From Methanobacteriota archaeon (GTDB taxonomy: Archaea > Altiarchaeota > Altiarchaeia > IMC4 > QMZM01), in the NCBI GenBank assembly GCA_903930485.1, contig CAIYYO010000024.1, positions 1 to 41,839 on the forward strand: a DNA stretch of 41,839 nucleotides, written 5' to 3'. A program made the position numbers and the translations under genes. Below are positions 26,416 to 34,289 of this stretch, piece by piece. Position 1 is the first letter of the stretch. Each line of letters opens with the position of its first letter. The notes under the pieces are model-generated. The model was not told the DNA's origin and did no database searches. It saw nothing but the letters and a program-made list of their open reading frames with translations.

Positions 26416-28317
26416 ATGCCTTCAAAAAACGCACCAACCGCCTTGGAAGATCTGAGAAAAAAGAGCCCGGAGAAATTCCCATCATCGGAAACCGCATTCA
26501 GCCGCATACATTCCGGGGACCACATACTGATAGGCTCGGGCTGCGGCGAGCCTCAATATCTGTTAAAGTCTTTCATCTCGTATGTCCGGGCCAACCCCAA
26601 GGCGATCCTTGATGCCGAAGTATTCCAGTTATGGGCCCTGGGAAACGTTCCTTATGGCGACGAGCGGCTTGCAGAGAACCTGCGCCACAATTCTTTTTTC
26701 ATAGGCTGCGAAGTCCGGGAAGCCGTGAACAAAGGGCTTGCCGACTATACGCCGATCTCTCTTTCAGACGTGCCGGATCTTTTTTTCAGGGGCATCGTGC
26801 CTGTCGACGTCGCTCTCATACAGGTTTCTCCCCCGGACGTTGAAGGATTCATGAGCCTCGGGGTCAGCGTCGACATCGTGAAGTCGGCAGTAAAACAGGC
26901 ATCCCTCGTAATCGTGCAGGTCAACTGCAACATGCCGAGGGTTTCCGGAGACGGACGGCTCCATGCGGACGATGTCGACTATATCCTTCCATGCGATGAG
27001 CCCCTTATCGAATACCGGCCCGAGGTCGACGAGGAGACTGCTGGAAAGATCGGCAACTATTTATCCCGCCTGGTGCATGACGGTGAGACGATACAAGCCG
27101 GCTACGGCGGGCTCGTCTCTTCTGCAGTGGCGCATCTTAAAGACAAGAAGCATCTGGGCGTACATACTGAGCTTTTGTCCGGCGGCCTGGTGAGCCTCTT
27201 GAGATCCGGGGCCGTTGACAACAGCAGTAAGACGGTCAACCCCTGGAAGACGGTTGCATCATTTTGCATGGGTACGCAAGAGGATTACCGATTCCTTGAC
27301 GGCAACACGGGAATAGAGTTCAGGGGAATAGAGTATACGAACGACCCGCTCGTCATCGCCGGGCACGAGAACATGACTGCGATAAACAGTGCCCTGGGCA
27401 TAGACCTGACCGGTCAGGCGACCGAGGAGTCTGTCGGAAAGTCTTTCTACGGCGGGATAGGCGGGCAGGCGAATTATATGCGCGGGGCGGTCCTTTCCAG
27501 GAACGGTAAAAGCATTCTCGTCCTCGAATCGACTGCCGAAGGCGGGAAAGTTTCTCGGATAATGCCTTTCCTCGAAGAAGGCGCCGGCGTCACCTTGAAC
27601 CGCGGCGACGTCCATTACGTGGTCACCGAGTACGGAATAGCATACCTGCACGGAAAGAACATACGCGAGAGAGCCATGGAACTGATATCCATCGCCCACC
27701 CGCGTTTCAGGCCGCACCTCCTCGCAATCGCTAAGAAGAACAATATCGTGTACCCCGACCAGGCTTTGATATCGGGAAAGAACGGAACATATCCCGAGGG
27801 ACTGGAGGCGTACCGGACGACGAGGACTGGGCTAGGCATCCTCCTTCGGCCGGTTAAGATAACCGACGAGCACCTTCTAAAGGACTTCTTCTATTCCCTT
27901 TCAGAGGAGAGCCTCTATCACCGGTTCATTTCTGTTAGGAAAGACATGCCTCACCACAGGCTCCAGGATTATACGGTCATAGACTACGAAAAACGCATGA
28001 TAATACTCGCAGTCTCGCCGGACGAAAAAGACGAAGAACTTATAGGAGTAGGACAATATGATATACTGGAGGACTCCCACACAGCAGAGATCGCCTTCGT
28101 CGTCAGGGACAAATACCAGAACAAAGGCGTGGGTAAAGAGCTTTTGAAATACCTCACGTACATCGCGAAAAAGAAAGGCTTGCTTGGCTTCAAGGCCGCA
28201 GTCCTGCCTGACAATAAAGCGATGACGACGCTCTTCGAAGAGGCCGGATTCGAAGCAGACAAAAAGACCGCCGACGGATTATACGAATACAGATCGATCT
28301 TCAGGAGGAGACAATGA
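26416..28317 (+). CDS. Fusion protein: acetyl-CoA hydrolase/transferase-family domain (4-hydroxybutyrate CoA-transferase-like) plus C-terminal Pat-type GNAT acetyltransferase domain
   Basis: 633 aa with a GGTG ribosome-binding site. The N-terminal ~450 aa carry GVHTE and GGIGGQANYMRGA motifs. The C-terminal ~165 aa carry YHRF...DY.....LAV....ELIGVGQY......TAEIAFVVRDKYQNKGVGKELL...A...G......VLPDNKAM..LFEEAGF, which is typical of the protein lysine acetyltransferase (Pat) GNAT. Confidence 0.75.
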   Translation: MPSKNAPTALEDLRKKSPEKFPSSETAFSRIHSGDHILIGSGCGEPQYLLKSFISYVRANPKAILDAEVFQLWALGNVPYGDERLAENLRHNSFFIGCEVREAVNKGLADYTPISLSDVPDLFFRGIVPVDVALIQVSPPDVEGFMSLGVSVDIVKSAVKQASLVIVQVNCNMPRVSGDGRLHADDVDYILPCDEPLIEYRPEVDEETAGKIGNYLSRLVHDGETIQAGYGGLVSSAVAHLKDKKHLGVHTELLSGGLVSLLRSGAVDNSSKTVNPWKTVASFCMGTQEDYRFLDGNTGIEFRGIEYTNDPLVIAGHENMTAINSALGIDLTGQATEESVGKSFYGGIGGQANYMRGAVLSRNGKSILVLESTAEGGKVSRIMPFLEEGAGVTLNRGDVHYVVTEYGIAYLHGKNIRERAMELISIAHPRFRPHLLAIAKKNNIVYPDQALISGKNGTYPEGLEAYRTTRTGLGILLRPVKITDEHLLKDFFYSLSEESLYHRFISVRKDMPHHRLQDYTVIDYEKRMIILAVSPDEKDEELIGVGQYDILEDSHTAEIAFVVRDKYQNKGVGKELLKYLTYIAKKKGLLGFKAAVLPDNKAMTTLFEEAGFEADKKTADGLYEYRSIFRRRQ

Positions 28318-30443
28318 CCGATAAACCGGACATAACAAGCCTGTTCGAGCCTCGCACCGTAGCGGTTGTCGGAGCCTCCCACAACCCTGAAAAGATCGGC
28401 TACAAGATTGTCGAGAACATAATCGCCTGCGGATACGCCGGCAGGATCTGTCCGATAAATCCCGAAGGCGGCGAGATACTGAAGCTCCCGGTCTACAAGA
28501 ACGTGGGCGACGTCGACGGGGAAATCGACGTGGCGGTCATAACCATCCCCTCGAAATACGTTTACGACGCCGTCAAGGCCTGCGCGGACAAAGGCGTCAA
28601 GTACTCGCTCATAATATCTTCCGGTTTCTCGGAGGTCGGCGACTACGAGAGCGAAAAGAAGATCGTCTCATGCGCGCAGGAAGGCGGTATGCGCATCATC
28701 GGGCCCAACATCTTCGGCATGTATGTCGCTAAGTCCTCGTTCAACGCAACCTTCGGTACAAGGGACGTACGCCCGGGCGGGATAGCGATAATAACCCAGA
28801 GCGGCGCCCTGGGAATATCCCTCATGGGCAAGACGGCGGTGATGAACATAGGGCTTTCAGGGATGTTCTCTCTCGGGAACAAGTCCGACGTAGACGAATC
28901 CGACCTGCTGGAATACCTGATAACCGACGACAGCACGCGGATAATAATGATGTACGTCGAAGGCGTAAAGAACGGCGGCCGTCTTGTGGAGCTGCTCAAG
29001 AAAGCTACCTCAAAAAAGCCAGTGATCGTCATCAAGGCCGGCAGGTCGAAGCGCGGGGCGATGGCGGCTGCATCCCATACCGGCTCCCTTGCAGGTTCGG
29101 ATGCGGTCTTCTCGGACATAATGAAGCAGTGCGGCGTCATACGCGCCGAAAGCATTCAGGAGGCCCTTGACGCGTGCAAGTACATCTCTAATTCCCCTCA
29201 GCCGAAGGGCGAGAATTCGGTCATAATAACTAACGGAGGCGGCATGGGAGTCATGGCAGCCGACGCATGCGAAAAATATTCCGTGAACCTTTACGACAAT
29301 ATAGAAGACCTTAAAAGGACATTTTCAAAAGTCGTGCCGGCATTCGGTTCCGTGAAGAATCCAGTGGATCTTACCGGCCAGGCGACGCTGGAGAACTACA
29401 AGACTGCGATAGACGCGGCGCTGGCGAACAAAGACATCCACACGGTTATATGCCTTGGATGCGAGACAGCGTTCTTCGATGCATCCAAGATAGCAGAGAT
29501 GATTAAAGGGTTGTATTCAAACAGCAAGCCTGCCAAGCCTTTGGTCTATTCGTTTTTCGGCGGCGCAAGGATTGAGGATTGCATAACGAGCCTTAAAGCC
29601 GTCGACATACCGGCGTTCTCCGACGTCTACGAAGCGGTCTCCTGTATGGGTGTATTGTACGAGAACTACAGGAACACGGCTTACGCGACCGAATCCGACC
29701 AGAAGGAAGAACAAGGGATCGACGATCCTTCAATAGACGTGATAGTCAAAAAGGCACTGGGTGAGGGCCGGCACTTCCTGCTGTCTTACGAGGCTGAAAA
29801 AGTCATGGCCGCCGCAGGTATACGGATGCCTAAGAGCTTCCTTGCGAAAGACTTTGACGAGGCCGTGAAATTCGCGGAAAAGATCGGTTATCCCGTAGCG
29901 CTGAAGGTCGTCTCAAAGGATATAATCCATAAAAGCGATGCAGGCGGCGTTGCTTTGAATCTCGAGAACAGGCAGGAGGTTTTGGACGCGTATCAGGTGA
30001 TACTCTACAACTGCAAAAAAGCCAAACCGGACGCAGTCATAGAAGGCGTCTCCGTGAGCGAGATGATGAAGAAGGAAATTGAAACCATCGCCGGCGCGGT
30101 AAGGGATAAATCGTTCGGGCCCGTCGTGATGTACGGCCTAGGCGGCGTGTACGTGGAGATATTGAACGATGTCGCATTCAGGTCTTTCCCTCTAGGCAGG
30201 AAGGACATACTCAAGATGATAAACGAAACAAAGTCGTCGCAGCTCCTCATGGGCGCAAGGGGCGAGAAACGCAAAGACGTCGGCTCCGTCGTGGATGCCG
30301 TGTCAAAGCTCGGAACAATACTCGCAAGGCATGAAGAGATATCTGAAATAGAGATCAACCCGCTCATGGTCTATGAGGACGGGCAGGGGGTAATGGCCCC
30401 GGATGTGCGGATCCTGTTGTCAAAGGGTCCGGAGGCGAAATAG
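28314..30443 (+). CDS. ADP-forming acetyl-CoA synthetase (acetate--CoA ligase, NDP-forming; fused alpha-beta)
   Basis: 709 aa, with its start overlapping the upstream stop in an ATGA. It has a CoA-binding N-terminus (VAVVGAS..P.KIGY), the phosphohistidine loop AAASHTGSLAGS and a C-terminal ATP-grasp region (GYPVALKVVS.DI.HKSDAGGV). Confidence 0.9.
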   Translation: MTDKPDITSLFEPRTVAVVGASHNPEKIGYKIVENIIACGYAGRICPINPEGGEILKLPVYKNVGDVDGEIDVAVITIPSKYVYDAVKACADKGVKYSLIISSGFSEVGDYESEKKIVSCAQEGGMRIIGPNIFGMYVAKSSFNATFGTRDVRPGGIAIITQSGALGISLMGKTAVMNIGLSGMFSLGNKSDVDESDLLEYLITDDSTRIIMMYVEGVKNGGRLVELLKKATSKKPVIVIKAGRSKRGAMAAASHTGSLAGSDAVFSDIMKQCGVIRAESIQEALDACKYISNSPQPKGENSVIITNGGGMGVMAADACEKYSVNLYDNIEDLKRTFSKVVPAFGSVKNPVDLTGQATLENYKTAIDAALANKDIHTVICLGCETAFFDASKIAEMIKGLYSNSKPAKPLVYSFFGGARIEDCITSLKAVDIPAFSDVYEAVSCMGVLYENYRNTAYATESDQKEEQGIDDPSIDVIVKKALGEGRHFLLSYEAEKVMAAAGIRMPKSFLAKDFDEAVKFAEKIGYPVALKVVSKDIIHKSDAGGVALNLENRQEVLDAYQVILYNCKKAKPDAVIEGVSVSEMMKKEIETIAGAVRDKSFGPVVMYGLGGVYVEILNDVAFRSFPLGRKDILKMINETKSSQLLMGARGEKRKDVGSVVDAVSKLGTILARHEEISEIEINPLMVYEDGQGVMAPDVRILLSKGPEAK

Positions 30444-31478
30444 ATGCAAAAGATAATTATCGCTTCTGCAAGCAGAGGCGCAGGGAAGACTTTTGTGACC
30501 GTGGGACTGATGAAGGCGGCCGGGAAGGGTCTCGGCTACATAAAGCCGCTCGGGAACCGGCTAGTCTACTCCCGGAAAAAACTCTGGGACTATGATGCTG
30601 CGCTCATAGCCAAGGTCTTCAAGCTCCAGATGCCGCCGGAAGATCTCACGATAGGCTTCGAGCATGCGAAGATCAAGCACTCATACACGAAGGATGCCGT
30701 GAAAAAGAAGGTCCTCGAGCTTTCGGCCGAAGCGTCGAAGGGCAAGAAAGCCCTCATCATAGAAGCCGGAACAGATTTGTGTCACGGGACAAGCATAAAC
30801 CTCGACCCGATCTCGCTTGCCAAATACGTGAAAGGGAAGATTGTCCTCGTCGTGAACGGGGACGATTACGACGCCCTCGACGATTCGCTCTTCTTCGGCT
30901 CGTGCATCAAGAAGACAGGCGCAGGGTTCGCAGGAGTGATAATAAACAACGTCAAAGACCCGTCGGGGTTCCGGGACCTGTACCTGCCGCGGATCAGGGA
31001 AGCAGGGATAAAGGTTCTTGGGATCATTCCATACAACGACGCCTTAACCCACTACGATGCCGGCTATCTGGCCGATAATCTTTTCTCCAAGACGTTAACC
31101 GGCGAAGCCGGCCTGGGCAAGGTCGTAGAGAATGTGTTCGTAGGAGACGTGTCTTCCACGACGGCTCTCAAGAACCCCTCATTCCATAAGAAAGGCAACC
31201 TCGTCATAACCGGAGGCGACAGGAGCGACATGATCCTCGCGGCCATAGAAACGGGCGCATCATGCGTTATATTGACCAACAACATAATGCCGCACGCGAA
31301 CATAATATTAAAGGCATCGCACGCGCAGGTCCCACTGCTGCTGGTTCCGACCGATACGTACACGACGGCAGTAAGGGTCGAGCACCTCGAGCACATGCTG
31401 ACGGAAAAAGACGAGGAGAAGATCGCAGCCCTGGGCAGGATGGTCAAGAAGCACGTGAAGCTGAAAGAAATATTTTAA
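30444..31478 (+). CDS. DRTGG-domain protein resembling the N-terminal regulatory region of phosphotransacetylase (no PTA catalytic domain)
   Basis: 344 aa; its ATG directly abuts the upstream TAG. It has a P-loop-like ASASRGAGKTFVTVGL and a DRTGG-type LVITGGDRSDMILAAIETGASCVILTNN. Confidence 0.7.
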   Translation: MQKIIIASASRGAGKTFVTVGLMKAAGKGLGYIKPLGNRLVYSRKKLWDYDAALIAKVFKLQMPPEDLTIGFEHAKIKHSYTKDAVKKKVLELSAEASKGKKALIIEAGTDLCHGTSINLDPISLAKYVKGKIVLVVNGDDYDALDDSLFFGSCIKKTGAGFAGVIINNVKDPSGFRDLYLPRIREAGIKVLGIIPYNDALTHYDAGYLADNLFSKTLTGEAGLGKVVENVFVGDVSSTTALKNPSFHKKGNLVITGGDRSDMILAAIETGASCVILTNNIMPHANIILKASHAQVPLLLVPTDTYTTAVRVEHLEHMLTEKDEEKIAALGRMVKKHVKLKEIF

Positions 31479-31533
31479 GGGCCGCAGCCGCTGTAGGTGT
31501 GTCTTAAGCAATGCTTTCCCAATATAGCCTACT

Positions 31534-32178
31534 ATGAAGGCTTGTTTCCTTCTTTTCTTGGCGGCTTGTTTGACTCTTACATGCTGCACCGGTCAGGTGG
31601 ACCAGAACCTGAAATCGGTGGAGATAAAAGAATACAACGGGACGAAATTGGGCTCGATGACCGACTTCGTCGAGAACTCGATTAACGGGCCGCAGTCCGT
31701 CAATATCTCGACCTACCGGCTGTCTGTGGACGGCCTGGTCGCTAACCCTCAGCATTACACATATTCTGAGGTGCTGGGCCATAGAAGCTTCCTTAAAGTG
31801 ACCACTCTCGACTGCGTTGAAGGCTGGAGCGTGAAAGTCCTCTGGCACGGCGTTCTGGTTTCAGACCTCGTCGACGAAGCGAAGCCGTCGCCCGGCGCGA
31901 ACACCGTCATATTCCATGCCTATGACGGATATACGACGTCGCTTCCTCTTCAGTACGTCCGGGACAAGAAAATACTACTGGCCTATAAGATAAACAACGT
32001 GACTCTACCTCCGGCTAACGGTTACCCGTTCCAGCTCGTCGCCGAAGACAAGTGGGGGTACAAGTGGATCAGATGGGTGGACGAGATACGAGTATCCAAT
32101 GATTCGTCTTATAAGGGATACTGGGAGAGCCGGGGTTATAGCAATGACGGAGACAACTCCCGGCCTATGTTTGGCTGA
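31534..32178 (+). CDS. Molybdopterin-dependent oxidoreductase, MsrP/YedY-like catalytic domain, lipoprotein-type signal
   Basis: 214 aa with the signal LLFLAACLTLTCC. LDCVEGWSVKVLWHGVLV carries the Mo-ligand Cys motif of the YedY/sulfite-oxidase family, and GYPFQLVAEDKWGYKWIRW is also present. Confidence 0.75.
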   Translation: MKACFLLFLAACLTLTCCTGQVDQNLKSVEIKEYNGTKLGSMTDFVENSINGPQSVNISTYRLSVDGLVANPQHYTYSEVLGHRSFLKVTTLDCVEGWSVKVLWHGVLVSDLVDEAKPSPGANTVIFHAYDGYTTSLPLQYVRDKKILLAYKINNVTLPPANGYPFQLVAEDKWGYKWIRWVDEIRVSNDSSYKGYWESRGYSNDGDNSRPMFG

Positions 32179-32184
32179 GGTCTG

Positions 32185-32190
32185 TTTTTT
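32185..32190 (+). terminator. Oligo-T tract after the molybdoenzyme gene
   Basis: tttttt begins 7 nt after the TGA stop at 32176-32178. Confidence 0.4.
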
Positions 32191-32260
32191 GATCAATGAG
32201 GCCTCCAAAACCGTCTATTAAGGAATATTTTCCTAGACATAACCCTGGGGTTGAAAAGAA

Positions 32261-32878
32261 ATGGATGCAAAAAACAAGATCTACGTTCTGCCGGAACTGC
32301 CTTATGCCTACGATGCATTGAAGCCGTACATATCTGAAGAACAATTGAGGATACACCACGACAAGCATCATGCGGCTTATGTAGCCGCGGCGAACGCTCT
32401 TCTGGAATCGCTTGAAAAGGCGAGGCAGGGAAATACGGACCTGGATTACGGAACGGTCGCAAAACAACTGTCCTTCAACACTGGAGGCCATCGGCTGCAT
32501 TCGCTCTACTGGAAGAACCTGACTCCCGTGGATAATACCGGCAAGGCGCCGAAGCCCTCGGGAGAGATAGGCAACGCCATAGACCGGGAATTCGGAAGCT
32601 TCGACCGCTTCAAAAAAGAGTTCTCGCAGACCGCGGCAAAGACCGAAGGCTCGGGCTGGGCAGTCCTATCGTTTTGCCGCGAGGTCGAGCGGCCTATAAT
32701 AATGCAGGTCGAGAAGCACAATATGAACGTGACGCCAAGGCGTCCCGTGATACTGGTGCTGGACGTATGGGAGCACGCATACTATCTGGACTACAAGAAC
32801 GACCGGGCCAAATACGTTGAAAACTTCTGGAACATAGTCAACTGGGACGAAGTGGGCAGGCGGCTTGCAGATCTGTAG
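32261..32878 (+). CDS. Fe/Mn-family superoxide dismutase
   Basis: 205 aa with LPELPYAYDALKPYIS...HHDKHH and DVWEHAYYLDY motifs. Confidence 0.95.
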   Translation: MDAKNKIYVLPELPYAYDALKPYISEEQLRIHHDKHHAAYVAAANALLESLEKARQGNTDLDYGTVAKQLSFNTGGHRLHSLYWKNLTPVDNTGKAPKPSGEIGNAIDREFGSFDRFKKEFSQTAAKTEGSGWAVLSFCREVERPIIMQVEKHNMNVTPRRPVILVLDVWEHAYYLDYKNDRAKYVENFWNIVNWDEVGRRLADL

Positions 32879-32891
32879 AAAAAATAAACAC

Positions 32892-33752
32892 ATGAAGGGC
32901 GTTTCTGTTTTCCGAGATTCATTGGGGCTTTTCAGGCAGGCCTTCTCCGAATGGAACAAGGACAATGCATCCCTTATCGCGGCAGCCATAGCATACTATG
33001 CGGCGTTTTCCCTGGCTCCTTTGATGATAATCCTGATGGTCATCTCTGGTTTACTCGTAGGTCCTGCCGGACAGACCGGCAGGCTACAAAGAAGCGTTAG
33101 CGGCTTCCTGGGGGCCGAAATCGCCGCATCTCTGGAGGGAATCATACGCACCGTCGGCAGTTCTCCCCCAAGCTACTTTGCCACTGCGTTGGCCGCCCTG
33201 TTTTTGTTTTTGGGAGCGACCGGACTGTTCCTCCAGACAAGGAAAGGCTTACAGATAATATGGGGCCTGAAACCCGCGGCTGGGGGAGCCATTCTAAATA
33301 CGCTGAGATCCTATCTCCTCTCATTCGTCCAGCTAGTCCTGGCAGGGCTTATAGTGCTGCTTTCAGCCGCCCTTACGGCAGTGATCACATCGACCGGAAG
33401 GTCTCTTAGAGTTATCCCGTTCCATTTCACCCTGCTCCACATGGCAAATTTTCTGGTTTTTTTTATTGCCGTCTGCATTCTGTTCGCATCGACTTACAAG
33501 ACGCTCTCCGACGCGCGGCTGCTATGGAGCGACGTCTTATACGGTTCGGCATTCACCGCAGCGCTTTTCTCGGCAGGGAACATCATAATAGGAACATATC
33601 TGGGAGCCGCGAACATCGGATCCGTTTACGGCGCCGCAAGCTCGATCTTCGTCGTAATCTTCTGGGTATACTATTCTGCGCAGATATTCTTTTTCGGGGC
33701 AGAGCTGATCAAGGTATATTCGAAAAGGTGCGGGTCGCAGAAGTGCGTTTGA
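32892..33752 (+). CDS. YihY/BrkB-family membrane protein
   Basis: The ORF starts at 32865 and overlaps the SOD gene, so the ATG at 32892 (MKGVSVF) is preferred. It has IAAAIAYYAAFSLAPL and a C-terminal VIFWVYYSAQIFFFGAEL. Confidence 0.75.
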   Translation: MKGVSVFRDSLGLFRQAFSEWNKDNASLIAAAIAYYAAFSLAPLMIILMVISGLLVGPAGQTGRLQRSVSGFLGAEIAASLEGIIRTVGSSPPSYFATALAALFLFLGATGLFLQTRKGLQIIWGLKPAAGGAILNTLRSYLLSFVQLVLAGLIVLLSAALTAVITSTGRSLRVIPFHFTLLHMANFLVFFIAVCILFASTYKTLSDARLLWSDVLYGSAFTAALFSAGNIIIGTYLGAANIGSVYGAASSIFVVIFWVYYSAQIFFFGAELIKVYSKRCGSQKCV

Positions 33753-33765
33753 GACGGATCTCGGA

Positions 33766-34284
33766 TTAACGTCTATTCCTTATGCTCCTCATCAGCGCCA
33801 GCAGCCCCTTCATTAACTCTTTCGGCTCTGGCGGATTCCCGGGTATTTTGATATCGACCGGCAGTATCATGTCCGCGCCGCCGAGGACTGCGTATGTCCC
33901 TTTATAGATCCCGCCGTCGCACGCGTCGTCCCCGACCGCCATTACGTACTTGGGCGAAGGAGTCGCATCATACGTCTTTTTCACTGCCCCGGCCATGTTG
34001 CGCGTGACCGCGCCGGTTATAACAATAACGTCCGCATGCCTCGGCGACGCTACGAAGGTTACTCCGAATCTTTCGACGTCGTAGTGAGGCGTCCCCAGGT
34101 TGTTCAATTCGATTTCGGCGGCATTGTCGCTTCCGCTATCAAGTTCGCGAATGGCAAGGCTTCGCCCAAATATGGTGTCTATGTCCTTTTTCAGCCTGAT
34201 GCCTAGCGCCTCGAATTCTTCGTCCTTGAAAGTGACTTCCTCAGTCACGGGTTTTTTGAAAATGTTCGTGATAGCTTTGTTCAT
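33766..34284 (-). CDS. NuoB/HycG-like small subunit lacking the canonical [4Fe-4S] cysteine ligands
   Basis: The start at 34284 (MNKAITN) is 5 nt after the large-subunit stop. The longer ORF to 34572 overlaps that gene. The fold motifs are clear: YDVERFGV..VASPRHADV.VITGAVT and PK.V.AVG. The cluster motifs are degenerate: GSDNAAE instead of GSCNGCE, GDDACDGG instead of GxCAxxGG, and IPGNPP instead of IPGCPP. Confidence 0.8.
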   Translation of the reverse strand: MNKAITNIFKKPVTEEVTFKDEEFEALGIRLKKDIDTIFGRSLAIRELDSGSDNAAEIELNNLGTPHYDVERFGVTFVASPRHADVIVITGAVTRNMAGAVKKTYDATPSPKYVMAVGDDACDGGIYKGTYAVLGGADMILPVDIKIPGNPPEPKELMKGLLALMRSIRNRR

Positions 34285-34289
34285 TTTTT

